In this document: piece by piece, positions 1 to 9,993 of the stretch | How positions within the stretch are numbered: position 1 is the first letter of the stretch | How the letters are laid out: the number at the start of each line of letters is the position of its first letter | Source of the DNA: an uncultured Clostridia bacterium | GTDB taxonomy: Bacteria; Bacillota; Clostridia; Christensenellales; UBA1242 | Direction: 5' to 3' | DNA: 64,000 bases | Assembly (NCBI GenBank): GCA_934746645.1 | Contig: CAKVFE010000002.1 | Span: 26,044 to 90,043, forward strand | The notes under the pieces: model-generated | Seen by the model: only the letters and a program-made list of their open reading frames with translations | The model's database searches: none | Told to the model about the DNA's origin: nothing | Made by a program: the position numbers and the translations under genes

Positions 1-1
1 T

Positions 2-2917
2 GATAATTCTGGTTTTGTACAAGATTATAAGACAGACAGCTTTACTGTTAAGGATAGTTTTGATAGTTCTAGCATCAAACTTAACTTCTCTTATAAATCA
101 ACCAAACCTACAACAGCAGTTCTAGGTGTTAAGACATCATTACCACAAGTAAAAGCATTTGATGAATCTACTACAGATAAATCAGAAATTGATGCTTATG
201 TTGACATCAAAGTTAAACACGAACAAAGTGGTAAGGAATATACAGTTACTGATTATTCATTCATTCCACAAGAAAGTGGTGCATATTTGGTAACATATCA
301 AGTATCTATTCCATTGTTTGGTATTACAACAAAGACCAATACTTTCAGAATTACTGATGTTAAAGATAACCAAAACCCAACAGTTAAGGTAGTTAATAAC
401 TATAGTTATACAACAACTAATGGTGTTACTGTAATTGATAGAGTATACAACGATGTCAATAGAAACAACACTTATGATGCTGGCGATATCGAATTGTACA
501 ATAAAGACAATTATACCGATCTTACAGATGATGAAAGACTAGAAAAGATAGAAACAGCTATGTCTAGCACAGAATACAATATTCCATCTGTTGTTTATCT
601 ATCAACAGACGGTACAGGTGCTGCAAAAGCTACTGTTAAACTTCCAGCTATATATTCTGTTGATAACTATTCTGATTTTAGCAAACTTACACTTACTCGT
701 TCTGTAAAGACATCAACAGGTCTTATTACTGAAGTTAAGAAGAGCAATGCTGATGGTACAAAAACAGCATATCCAGCTAACGAATGGGCAGAATATACAT
801 TCACAGCTGAAGGTGATTATTCTATTAGATATGAAGCTAAAGATGAAAATGGCAACTCATATATGAGTAGTTATTCTATCACTGTTAAAGCTAACGATGC
901 TGCATTAAAAGAAGATGGCAACTTTGTATTACCAACAGTTGACTTCCCAGCTATTACAAGCTATGCAAAGAACAATGCGACATTAACATTTACAAAACCT
1001 TCTGCTACTGATAAATATGATACTCGTGTAGAAACAAGAGTATACTATTCATTTAGTAAAGATAGTTTTGATACAGCCAACGAAGTTACAACAGTAAATT
1101 CTGACGGCAAAATGGAATTAGATTTGTCAAGCATTACTGATATTGCTTCACAAAGCAAGATTTATATTCACGCTGTAGCATATAATGACTATGCTAATAA
1201 CGGAACAGATAGATTGTATTCTAAAGTAACAAGAGAAATTACTTTAATTAATACAACAGATAACAATGCTCCAACAATGACAAACATTGACAATTTCTTT
1301 ACACTATTAGGTAACAAGAATGATAGAACAATTGATGATAAGGGTATGAATGGATCCAACAAACCTGCATTTGATCAAAAAGACCTTATCCAATTGCCTT
1401 CAATAACAATTGAAGATGCTGAAGACACTAACTTGAGTGTTTCTTTGGAAGTTAGAGATCCTAATGGTCAAAAAGTTACTGTTAAGAACTCTGTTTACAA
1501 CAAGACAGTTAGCCGTGATGGTGCTGGCAATATTACAAACAATATTTACACTATCGAAAATGGTTCATTTACAGCAGATTATAGTGGTGTATATACAGTT
1601 ACTTACACTGCAAAAGATGCTGGTGGCAACATTGTTGCAAAGACAGTTGGTATTAGAGTAAGAGATACTGAAAAACCTGATATCGTACTAAGCAGTTATG
1701 ATCCATTTACAAGTGCAGTTGAAGTTGGTAAATTTATTGAAGTTCCAGCTGCAACATTGACAGATAAGGGTGTTACATTAACTGATATTACAACCAATGT
1801 ACCTTACGCAAGTAGAGTAGAAGGCAAAGCCGGAACATATTGGGAATTGGTTGAAGGTCCATCACTATCTACAATGGGTACAGTAGGATTTACACCAACA
1901 GTTGCTGGTGACTATGTAATTAAGTATTATGGTTGGGACGCTGAAGGCAACTATACCGAAACAAAGAAATACACAATTACAGCTACTGATACAATCAAAC
2001 CTACAATCAAACTTGAAAATGATTATGTTTTAAGTGATGTTGCTTGGGACGATAGTAAGCCAGTTGTAGTATATGCACCAGGCGTACTAGAATTGTATGA
2101 TGGATATAGAGATTCTAAGAATCCAGCTAATGACTTTGATCAAACAAATGTAAGTGATATTACATTAACAGTTAAAGTATATGACAAGAACAACAATATC
2201 GTTGAAGGCGTAGTAGCTACAGACCATAAAGTTGTATCTGTAGATGGTGTTGACACTAACGAATACTTTGTAATTGGTGAAGATGCTAATGGTAACAAGA
2301 TTACTGTAACAAGATATCAATTTACAGCTAAAGAACAAGGCGTATATACAATTAAATATATCGCAACAGACGGTGCAGGTAACTCAACCGAAATTTCTAA
2401 AGAAGTTAGAGTTGGTGATACAGTTGCTCCAGAAGTTGAATGGGTAGATAGTGAAAACAATCTAATCACAACAGCTAATGTTGGCGATAGCTTCGAATTT
2501 AATCTAGATATGATTGAATTAGATGGTATTAAAGGTAGTTCTGCTATTGAAGTTCCAGATGGACAAGATAAAGCAGAATATACAGTAACAGTTAATATGT
2601 ATGATTCTTCAAGTTCATTAGTAACTAACCAATATAGAAACGACACAACAAAGAAAAATTCTTATAAATGGGATTTTGAAAAATCAGGAACTTACGAACT
2701 TCGTATTGTAGCTCAAGATAAAGCTGGCAACAAGATTACTAAATCTTACAATATCGTTGTAAGTGCTGAAGATAGCAACAAAGAATCTGTTAAACCAATA
2801 GTTGGTACAGTACTAATTGTTGTTTCTGCATTAATCTTAGTTGGTGTAGTAACATACTTTGTTGTTACTGGTCGTAAAAAATCAGTTTCTAAAAAAGCTC
2901 CAAAAGCTAAAAAGTAA
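2..2917 (+). CDS. Large cell-surface protein, 5'-truncated by the window edge; tandem Ig-like (HYR/DUF5011-type) modules, C-terminal TM anchor and Lys-rich tail
   Basis: Frame 2 is open from nt 2, with no stop upstream of the track TTG at 287, so the gene begins outside the window. The module signature GxYx[IV]xYxAxDxxGN recurs five times (AEGDYSIRYEAKDENGN, YSGVYTVTYTAKDAGGN, VAGDYVIKYYGWDAEGN, EQGVYTIKYIATDGAGN, KSGTYELRIVAQDKAGN). It ends with the helix IVGTVLIVVSALILVGVVTYFVV followed by GRKKSVSKKAPKAKK. Confidence 0.8.
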   Translation, partial: DNSGFVQDYKTDSFTVKDSFDSSSIKLNFSYKSTKPTTAVLGVKTSLPQVKAFDESTTDKSEIDAYVDIKVKHEQSGKEYTVTDYSFIPQESGAYLVTYQVSIPLFGITTKTNTFRITDVKDNQNPTVKVVNNYSYTTTNGVTVIDRVYNDVNRNNTYDAGDIELYNKDNYTDLTDDERLEKIETAMSSTEYNIPSVVYLSTDGTGAAKATVKLPAIYSVDNYSDFSKLTLTRSVKTSTGLITEVKKSNADGTKTAYPANEWAEYTFTAEGDYSIRYEAKDENGNSYMSSYSITVKANDAALKEDGNFVLPTVDFPAITSYAKNNATLTFTKPSATDKYDTRVETRVYYSFSKDSFDTANEVTTVNSDGKMELDLSSITDIASQSKIYIHAVAYNDYANNGTDRLYSKVTREITLINTTDNNAPTMTNIDNFFTLLGNKNDRTIDDKGMNGSNKPAFDQKDLIQLPSITIEDAEDTNLSVSLEVRDPNGQKVTVKNSVYNKTVSRDGAGNITNNIYTIENGSFTADYSGVYTVTYTAKDAGGNIVAKTVGIRVRDTEKPDIVLSSYDPFTSAVEVGKFIEVPAATLTDKGVTLTDITTNVPYASRVEGKAGTYWELVEGPSLSTMGTVGFTPTVAGDYVIKYYGWDAEGNYTETKKYTITATDTIKPTIKLENDYVLSDVAWDDSKPVVVYAPGVLELYDGYRDSKNPANDFDQTNVSDITLTVKVYDKNNNIVEGVVATDHKVVSVDGVDTNEYFVIGEDANGNKITVTRYQFTAKEQGVYTIKYIATDGAGNSTEISKEVRVGDTVAPEVEWVDSENNLITTANVGDSFEFNLDMIELDGIKGSSAIEVPDGQDKAEYTVTVNMYDSSSSLVTNQYRNDTTKKNSYKWDFEKSGTYELRIVAQDKAGNKITKSYNIVVSAEDSNKESVKPIVGTVLIVVSALILVGVVTYFVVTGRKKSVSKKAPKAKK

Positions 2918-2927
2918 TATATAAAAA

Positions 2928-2956
2928 ATAACCACTAATTGTGGTTATTTTTTTTG
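2928..2956 (+). terminator. Rho-independent terminator
   Basis: Stem ATAACCAC/GTGGTTAT with a 5-nt loop, followed by a T-run, 10 nt after the stop codon. Confidence 0.6.
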
Positions 2957-3145
2957 TTATCAATATTTTAAATTTTGTTGTAATTAACTATTAATTTTAA
3001 TAAAAATTTTGATTTTATATGTGCTAAATTTGTAATAAAAAAGATTAAAGCAATATATAATATGGTTAAAATAAAAATATAACTTAACTTTGTTTACAAA
3101 TTGATAAGTATTTTGATAAAATGTATATGTTAAAAGTGAGTAAAT

Positions 3146-3514
3146 ATGTTAGATAAAAAGACATCAATGACACTTAAAGTGCTTAATTTAATATGTGAAG
3201 ATGATGTATATAAAGTAGTTGATTATGACGGACTAATATCACATTTTCCTAAGAAAGTTCAATGTGATAAATCAAAACTTGAAGATATACTCAACTATCT
3301 AAAAGCAGGTCAATATATTGACATCAAATATTCACAAGATGACACATATTGTTTGTGTGTTATGCCAAAAGGAAAGATATTTTTGGAAGACACAGATAGA
3401 GATATCAAAACAATGTCTAGATTTACAAAACTTTTATTTGCTTGTTCAATAACAAGTGGAATAATGGCTTTTTTAGGTGCTTTTTTAGCAATTATGATTT
3501 TGAAAGGAATGTAA
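3146..3514 (+). CDS. Small tail-anchored protein of unknown function (paralog a; possible winged-helix N-domain plus C-terminal TM)
   Basis: 122 aa. Shares a pattern with the next ORF (LExIL, YIDI, then a KGK region) and has the C-terminal hydrophobic helix LLFACSITSGIMAFLGAFLAIMIL. SD-like AAAGTGAG lies upstream. Confidence 0.55.
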   Translation: MLDKKTSMTLKVLNLICEDDVYKVVDYDGLISHFPKKVQCDKSKLEDILNYLKAGQYIDIKYSQDDTYCLCVMPKGKIFLEDTDRDIKTMSRFTKLLFACSITSGIMAFLGAFLAIMILKGM

Positions 3515-3521
3515 GATACTT

Positions 3522-3884
3522 ATGCTTAATGGTAAAGAACGCAAAGTTATGCAGTATCTATATACTACTTGTATTGGTAAGCGAAGTGTACTTGTTGACC
3601 CCAACGATATACTCAACCATTTACAACCAAAATACGAGATTAATAATATCGAACTAGAAGAAATACTTAATGGTTTGGTAATAGATAATTATATAGATAT
3701 AGTCAACTCTGACAAGAATGGCAAATTAATATATTGTATATCACTAAAAGCTAAAGGCGAAGGCTATGAAAGAGAAGTTAAAAATTCAAAGAAAAAACTT
3801 TATCTTTTACTTACCCGAACTATTATTTTAGCTTGCATTTCATTTGCTGTAACTATGATACTTAAAGCAATTTTTAAATTTTAA
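3522..3884 (+). CDS. Small tail-anchored protein of unknown function (paralog b)
   Basis: 120 aa, 7 nt after paralog a, with the same architecture (ELEEILNGL, NYIDIV, C-terminal TM LLLTRTIILACISFAVTMIL). Confidence 0.55.
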   Translation: MLNGKERKVMQYLYTTCIGKRSVLVDPNDILNHLQPKYEINNIELEEILNGLVIDNYIDIVNSDKNGKLIYCISLKAKGEGYEREVKNSKKKLYLLLTRTIILACISFAVTMILKAIFKF

Positions 3885-3907
3885 CTAGACTATAAATTGG
3901 GCAAATT

Positions 3908-3921
3908 AAAACATTTGTTCG
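3908..3921. promoter_or_regulatory. Candidate LexA/DinR (Cheo-type) SOS box, imperfect
   Basis: AAAACATTTGTTCG compared with the Firmicute consensus CGAACATATGTTCG. The right half is perfect; the left half reads AAAC instead of GAAC. It lies 17 nt upstream of the -35 of the promoter facing uvrBA. Confidence 0.25.
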
Positions 3922-3938
3922 ATTTATTTTTTTTTTAG

Positions 3939-3967
3939 TTTACATTATTTTTAATATAGACTATAAT
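3939..3967 (+). promoter_or_regulatory. Near-consensus sigmaA-type promoter
   Basis: TTTACA (3939-3944), a 17-nt spacer, then TATAAT (3962-3967). The predicted TSS is about 10 nt before the first repeat unit. Confidence 0.5.
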
Positions 3968-3983
3968 TAGTATGTTATGGTAT

Positions 3984-4437
3984 TATAAACTATGTGATGT
4001 TGATTTACTCACTATGTTCGTAAATCAAGTTGCTAATCGCAACAACCATTGCTACACAATGGATACATAGTTTTGATTCGGCGTCAGTTTATGCTAAATG
4101 CCACTCCGTGTCGCTTGCATAAACTTCCTTGAGTATAAACTATGTGATATTGTATTGTTCACTTTGTTCACAATACAAGTTGCTAATCGCAATTCCACGA
4201 TAAATCGTGGCATCACAGTTTGAATAAACATCAGTTATACGAAAATATTGCTTTGCACTGCTTTCGTCTAACTTCCGATAATATAAGCTATGTGATGTTG
4301 ATTTACTCACTATATTCGTAAATCAAGTTGCTAATCGCAACAACCATTGCTACACAATGGATACATAGTTTTGATTCGGCGTCAGTTTATGTTAAATGCC
4401 ACTCCGTGTCGCTTACATAAACTTCCTTGAGTATAAA
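3984..4437 (+). repeat. Tandem A-B-A array of a ~150-nt multi-hairpin element (units 3984-4133, 4134-4281, 4282-4431)
   Basis: Units abut directly, and each starts TATAA(A/G)CTATGTGAT. The two A units are near-identical. The B unit shares the helix layout but has compensatory changes in the helices (details in findings). Confidence 0.9.
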
Positions 4438-4480
4438 ATACAATTTTAGACAATAATTAAAATACAATTAGTTAGGTGTT

Positions 4481-6442
4481 ATGGAAAAATTTGAATTAGT
4501 TAGTAAATATCAACCAACTGGTGACCAGCCACAAGCTATTGAAAAGATAACAGAAGGCATTGAAGATGGCCTAAAATATCAAACATTGCTTGGAGTTACT
4601 GGTAGTGGTAAAACATTTACTATGGCCAATATTATCAAAAATCTTAATAGACCAGCATTAGTTATTGCTCACAATAAGACCCTTGCTGCACAGTTGTGCA
4701 ATGAGTTTAGGGAGTTTTTCCCACACAATAGAGTAGAATACTTTGTATCATATTATGATTATTATCAACCAGAAGCCTACATTGTAAGTTCGGACACTTA
4801 TATTGAAAAAGATATGAGTATTAACGATGAAATTGACAAACTTAGACATTCAGCGACTTGTTCGTTGTTTGAACGCAATGATGTTATTGTTGTAGCGTCA
4901 GTAAGTTGTATATATGGTTTAGGTGCTCCAGAAAACTATTCTAGTATGTGTATTAGCCTTAGACCTCATGACCGTGTAGATCGTAATGAAGTAATTAAAA
5001 AATTATTGTCACTTCAATATATGCGTAATGAGATAGATTTTAAGCGTGGTACTTTTAGAAGTAAAGGTGATATATTAGATGTAATACCTGCATCTTCTTC
5101 TGATGTAGCTATTAGATTTGAATTTTTTGATGACGAAATAGAAAGTATATCTGAGATAGATGTTGTGACCGGAAGACGAATATCAAGTCTTAACCACGCA
5201 TTTATTTTGCCAGCAAGCCACTATGCAGTTAGCCCTGAAAAATTGGAAAATGCTTTTGAACAAATCAAACAAGATTGTTTGGTAAGAGTAAGTGAGTTTG
5301 AAAAACAGGGCAAACTTATTGAAGCTCAACGCATAAAAGAAAGAGTTTTTTATGACTTAGAGATGATGAAAGAAGTAGGATATTGTTCTGGTATAGAAAA
5401 TTATTCTAGATATTTTGATGGTAGAAGCCCAGGCGAGCCACCTTATACATTGTTAGATTATTTTAAGAAAAATTTTGTTATGTTTATAGATGAAAGCCAT
5501 ATTTCTATACCTCAAATTAGGGGTATGTATGCTGGTGACTTGTCTAGAAAAACCAATCTAGTTGAGTATGGGTTTAGACTTCCTGCTGCTTATGACAATA
5601 GACCACTTAACTTTAAAGAGTTTGAACAAAAAATTAACCAAGTAGTCTTTGTTTCTGCAACCCCAGGTCCTTACGAATTGGAACATTCTGATCAAGTTGT
5701 AGAGCAAATTATTAGACCAACAGGATTGTTGGACCCACCAATTGAAGTAAGAAAAATTGAAGGTCAAATTGATGATTTAATTACCGAAATATATAAGACA
5801 ATAGATACCAATGGTAGAGTACTAGTTACTACATTGACAAAGAAAATGGCTGAAAATTTGACCGGATATTTAAGTGAACGCAAAATCAAGGTTAGATATC
5901 TTCATAGTGATATTGATACACTAGAGCGTGTAGAAATAATCAATTCGTTAAGATTGAAAGAATTTGATGTACTTATTGGTATCAATTTGTTGCGTGAAGG
6001 TTTGGATATACCAGAAGTTAAACTTGTGGCTATATTAGACGCTGATAAAGAAGGATTTTTGCGTAGTAGTTGGGCTCTTATTCAAACTATTGGTAGAGCA
6101 GCTCGTAATGCAGATGCAAAAGTTATAATGTATGCTGACAATATAACTGATAGTATGAAAGTTGCTATTGACGAAACCAATCGTCGTAGAGCAATACAAT
6201 CGGAGTATAATAAAATACATCATATCACTCCAACAACAATCATCAAACCAGTTAAAAATACATTGGAAATCACTAAGAAAGAATCTTCTAAGCCAAAAGT
6301 TGCTAAGAAAGATATTCCTAACGAAATTAACAAACTTACTGCTCTTATGAAAATCGCAAGTGACAGCTTAGATTTTGAACAAGCTATAATTTTGCGTAAT
6401 CAAATTGCACAGCTTAAAAAAGATATAGACAAAAAGGATTAA
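4481..6442 (+). CDS. uvrB: Excinuclease ABC subunit B
   Basis: 653 aa. Walker [25 protein letters not shown], helicase motifs, and a C-terminal UVR motif ([18 protein letters not shown]). Confidence 0.97.
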   Translation: MEKFELVSKYQPTGDQPQAIEKITEGIEDGLKYQTLLGVTGSGKTFTMANIIKNLNRPALVIAHNKTLAAQLCNEFREFFPHNRVEYFVSYYDYYQPEAYIVSSDTYIEKDMSINDEIDKLRHSATCSLFERNDVIVVASVSCIYGLGAPENYSSMCISLRPHDRVDRNEVIKKLLSLQYMRNEIDFKRGTFRSKGDILDVIPASSSDVAIRFEFFDDEIESISEIDVVTGRRISSLNHAFILPASHYAVSPEKLENAFEQIKQDCLVRVSEFEKQGKLIEAQRIKERVFYDLEMMKEVGYCSGIENYSRYFDGRSPGEPPYTLLDYFKKNFVMFIDESHISIPQIRGMYAGDLSRKTNLVEYGFRLPAAYDNRPLNFKEFEQKINQVVFVSATPGPYELEHSDQVVEQIIRPTGLLDPPIEVRKIEGQIDDLITEIYKTIDTNGRVLVTTLTKKMAENLTGYLSERKIKVRYLHSDIDTLERVEIINSLRLKEFDVLIGINLLREGLDIPEVKLVAILDADKEGFLRSSWALIQTIGRAARNADAKVIMYADNITDSMKVAIDETNRRRAIQSEYNKIHHITPTTIIKPVKNTLEITKKESSKPKVAKKDIPNEINKLTALMKIASDSLDFEQAIILRNQIAQLKKDIDKKD

Positions 6443-6444
6443 AT

Positions 6445-9258
6445 ATGCTTAAAGATATTGTTATTAAAGGCGCAAGGGAAAACAATTTAAAAAATATTGA
6501 TGTTACTATACCAAGGGGACAATTAGTTGTATTTACTGGTGTTTCGGGTAGTGGTAAAAGTACATTGGCTTTTGACACAATTTTTGCAGAAGGTCAAAGA
6601 AGATATATTGAGAGTTTATCAAGTTATGCTCGTATGTTTTTAGGTCAAATGCACAAGCCAGATGTTGATATTATTGAAGGATTAAGTCCAAGTATTTCTA
6701 TAGACCAAAAGACAACTTCTCACAATCCTCGTAGTACTGTTGGTACAGTAACCGAAATCTATGACTATCTAAGATTGTTGTATGCACATATTGGTACACC
6801 ATATTGTCCTAACTGTAAAAAGCCTATTTCTACTCAGACAATAGACAATATTATTGACCAAGTTTTGACATTAGAAGAAGGTACAAAGATTGTTATACTA
6901 GCACCAGTTGTAAGAGGCAAAAAGGGTACTTTTGCTAAAGAATTGGCCGAATACTTGAAAGAAGGATATTTAAGAGTAAAAATTGATGGCAATGATTATA
7001 TGCTTGATGAAGACATTGTTTTGGATAAAAACATCAAACATAATATTTATTTGACTATAGATAGACTTATTATTAAGCCAGAAATGCATACAAGACTTGC
7101 AGAAAGTCTAGAAAATGCTCTTAAACTTACTAATGGTGTTGTTATTGTCGAAGCCAATGGTACAGAAACATTGTATAGTACCAATCATAGTTGTCCAGAG
7201 TGTGGATATAGCATAGAAGAAATTGCACCTAGACTATTTAGTTTTAATACTCCATTTGGAGCTTGTCCAAAATGTAGTGGTTTAGGTTTTAGACAAGTTA
7301 TGGACGAAACAAAGATTATTAAAGACCGTAATTTGAGCTTATTACAAGGTGCTATCAATGCTTCAGGTTGGGCGTATGACACTGGACTAGGCAATATGTT
7401 TTATAAAGCAGTTGCCAACAAATTTGGTGTTGATGTCAATACTCCAATAAAAGATTTACCTAAAGAAATGTTAAATATGGTACTATATGGTACTAATGGC
7501 GAAAAGATAGATGTCACATACCGAATGAAAGGTGTACTTACAACTTCAAAAATGAAGTTTGAAGGGGTTATTCCTAATCTTGAGAGAAGATATAGAGAAA
7601 CCAATTCTGAGTACGCTAAAGGCGAAATTGGCAAGTATTTAAGCGAAATTGAATGTGATATGTGTCACGGAAAAAGATTGAAGCAAGACGCTCTTAATGT
7701 TAAGATTAAAAAATATAATATTATCGAACTTACAGATTTATCTGTTACAAAAATTAGCGAATTTATAGAAGGTTTAAAACTTAACAAAACACAAGAACAA
7801 ATTTCAGCTCCAATATTAAAAGAGATAAAGGCTAGACTTAACTTTTTAATTAATGTTGGATTGGGATATTTGACTTTAAGTCGTACTGCTTCAACATTAA
7901 GTGGTGGAGAAGCACAAAGAATAAGACTTGCTACCCAAATAGGTAGTGGACTTACTGGTGTACTATATATTTTGGACGAGCCAAGTATAGGATTACATCA
8001 AAGAGATAATGATAGATTGCTTGCTACTTTAAAAAATCTAAGAGATTTAGACAATACAGTTATAGTAGTAGAACACGATGAAGATACTATAAGAGCTGCA
8101 GACTATATTGTTGATATTGGACCTTATGCTGGTGTCAATGGTGGCGAAGTAGTAGCAACAGGAAAAGTAGAAGACCTAATCAAATCTCCAAGAAGTATTA
8201 CTGGTAAATATTTAAGTGGCGAATTAAAGATAAGTGTACCTCAAAATAGAAGACCTATTGAAAAAGGTTATATTGAGATAAAGGGCGCTAAACAAAACAA
8301 TTTAAAAAATATTGATGTCAATATTCCTGTAGGTGTTATTACTGCCATAACTGGAGTATCTGGAAGTGGTAAGAGTAGTTTAATCAATGAGATATTATAT
8401 CCAGCTAGTAGCAATGTCCTTAATAAGAGTAATATTGCAGAAGGCAAATATAAAGAAATACTAGGACTAGAAAAACTTGATAAAGTAATCAATATTGACC
8501 AAAGTCCAATAGGTCGTACTCCAAGAAGCAACCCAGCAACATATACCAATGTTTTTAATGATATTAGAGAACTATTTAGCAAAACCACAGACGCTAAAGA
8601 GCGTGGTTATAACGCTGGTAGATTTAGTTTTAATATACCAGGTGGAAGATGTGAAAATTGTTCTGGTGGTGGTATCAACAAGATAGAAATGTTCTTTTTA
8701 CCAGATGTTTATGTTACTTGTGATGTTTGTGGTGGTAAGAGATATAATAAAGAAACTTTGCAAGTTAAATATAAAGGAAAGAGCATATACGATGTCCTTA
8801 ATATGACAATAGAAGAGGCTTGTGTCTTCTTTGAAAATGTTCCTAAAATATACAACAAATTAAAAACACTTAATGATGTTGGCTTAGGATATATTAAACT
8901 TGGACAACCTGCTACAGAATTAAGTGGTGGCGAAGCACAGAGAGTTAAACTTGCTACAGAGTTGAGTAAGCGTAGCACAGGCAAATCACTTTATATTTTG
9001 GACGAACCTACAACAGGTCTTTCTATGTATGATGTAGATAAACTTATAAAAATTCTTAATAGATTGGTTGCTAATGGCAATACAATAGTTGTTATTGAAC
9101 ACAACTTAGATGTCATTAAGATAGCAGACTATATTATTGATTTAGGACCAGAAGGTGGAGAAAATGGTGGACAGATTGTAGCCGTTGGTACTCCAGAGCA
9201 AATAGCAAAAAATAGTAAAAGTATTACAGGAAAGTACTTAAAATCCTATCTAAAATAA
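6445..9258 (+). CDS. uvrA: Excinuclease ABC subunit A
   Basis: 937 aa. Two ABC ATPase modules (GVSGSGKST, GVSGSGKSS; LSGGEAQR twice) and zinc-finger Cys clusters. Starts 2 nt after uvrB. Confidence 0.97.
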   Translation: MLKDIVIKGARENNLKNIDVTIPRGQLVVFTGVSGSGKSTLAFDTIFAEGQRRYIESLSSYARMFLGQMHKPDVDIIEGLSPSISIDQKTTSHNPRSTVGTVTEIYDYLRLLYAHIGTPYCPNCKKPISTQTIDNIIDQVLTLEEGTKIVILAPVVRGKKGTFAKELAEYLKEGYLRVKIDGNDYMLDEDIVLDKNIKHNIYLTIDRLIIKPEMHTRLAESLENALKLTNGVVIVEANGTETLYSTNHSCPECGYSIEEIAPRLFSFNTPFGACPKCSGLGFRQVMDETKIIKDRNLSLLQGAINASGWAYDTGLGNMFYKAVANKFGVDVNTPIKDLPKEMLNMVLYGTNGEKIDVTYRMKGVLTTSKMKFEGVIPNLERRYRETNSEYAKGEIGKYLSEIECDMCHGKRLKQDALNVKIKKYNIIELTDLSVTKISEFIEGLKLNKTQEQISAPILKEIKARLNFLINVGLGYLTLSRTASTLSGGEAQRIRLATQIGSGLTGVLYILDEPSIGLHQRDNDRLLATLKNLRDLDNTVIVVEHDEDTIRAADYIVDIGPYAGVNGGEVVATGKVEDLIKSPRSITGKYLSGELKISVPQNRRPIEKGYIEIKGAKQNNLKNIDVNIPVGVITAITGVSGSGKSSLINEILYPASSNVLNKSNIAEGKYKEILGLEKLDKVINIDQSPIGRTPRSNPATYTNVFNDIRELFSKTTDAKERGYNAGRFSFNIPGGRCENCSGGGINKIEMFFLPDVYVTCDVCGGKRYNKETLQVKYKGKSIYDVLNMTIEEACVFFENVPKIYNKLKTLNDVGLGYIKLGQPATELSGGEAQRVKLATELSKRSTGKSLYILDEPTTGLSMYDVDKLIKILNRLVANGNTIVVIEHNLDVIKIADYIIDLGPEGGENGGQIVAVGTPEQIAKNSKSITGKYLKSYLK

Positions 9259-9322
9259 TTAATTGTATGATATACTATAAGTGTATTAATATGTTTTATT
9301 TAGATAAAAGGACGGAAAAATT

Positions 9323-9853
9323 ATGTATGTTACAGATTTAGTCGTAGAAAAAGACTCATTAGGTCTTATGAAAAAGAAATTGTTTGTTAATAGATTATTT
9401 TTATATCTTTTCGTTTTTAGTACTTTATTGTCTATTGCTATGATAGTATTTGCTATTGTTAAAAAAATAGGAGATTTTAATACTTACTTGTTTGGTGCTT
9501 TTGCATTACTAATATCAGTATTTTGGTTGTATTATGACATCAAATCTTTAAAAACTAGCAAGCTTGCTTGTCTAGAACTTGAACAAACAGGTAAATATAC
9601 AATAAGAAAAGTAGTTGAAGTAAATGCAGAACATAAACACAATACATCAACAATCTTTACTCTTGTATGTGCAGTAGTTGTATCAATTTGTGCTGTTATT
9701 GCTGGTGTTATGCAATGTATAAGATTGGATTTGTTGACATTGTATATTGTGCCTATGTTGGTTGTTTTAGCTATATTTTCTTGCTATCAAGCAAGCAATA
9801 ATCTAATTGATGACAAAATCTATCGTAATTGTATTTTTAATCAAAATAAATAA
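9323..9853 (+). CDS. Hypothetical polytopic membrane protein
   Basis: 176 aa with four hydrophobic segments. An SD-like AAAGGA lies upstream and a terminator follows. No family recognised. Confidence 0.5.
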   Translation: MYVTDLVVEKDSLGLMKKKLFVNRLFLYLFVFSTLLSIAMIVFAIVKKIGDFNTYLFGAFALLISVFWLYYDIKSLKTSKLACLELEQTGKYTIRKVVEVNAEHKHNTSTIFTLVCAVVVSICAVIAGVMQCIRLDLLTLYIVPMLVVLAIFSCYQASNNLIDDKIYRNCIFNQNK

Positions 9854-9855
9854 TT

Positions 9856-9887
9856 AAAAAGACGGCTTATTAAAGTCGTCTTTTTTT
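9856..9887 (+). terminator. Rho-independent terminator
   Basis: AAAGACGGC...GTCGTCTTT hairpin followed by a T-run. Confidence 0.5.
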
Positions 9888-9993
9888 GTTTTGTTATATT
9901 ATTTTTTTTCTTTAACTTTTTTGTTTTTTACTTATGACATCTTTTTACTATATACAAATGTAAGTGTAGAGCAAAGAAATAATAATATATTTG

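Noticed and set aside
4014-4070. Mini-ORF inside the repeat units (MFVNQVANRNNHCYTMDT in A; an FTIQVANRNSTINRGITV-like frame in B)
   Set aside because: There is no SD, and unit B lacks the ATG. The differences between subtypes are hairpin-compensating on both arms rather than codon-conserving.
3984-4437. Possible CRISPR array
   Set aside because: Units are ~150 nt and abut directly with no unique spacers. There are two alternating subtypes and no cas genes in the window.
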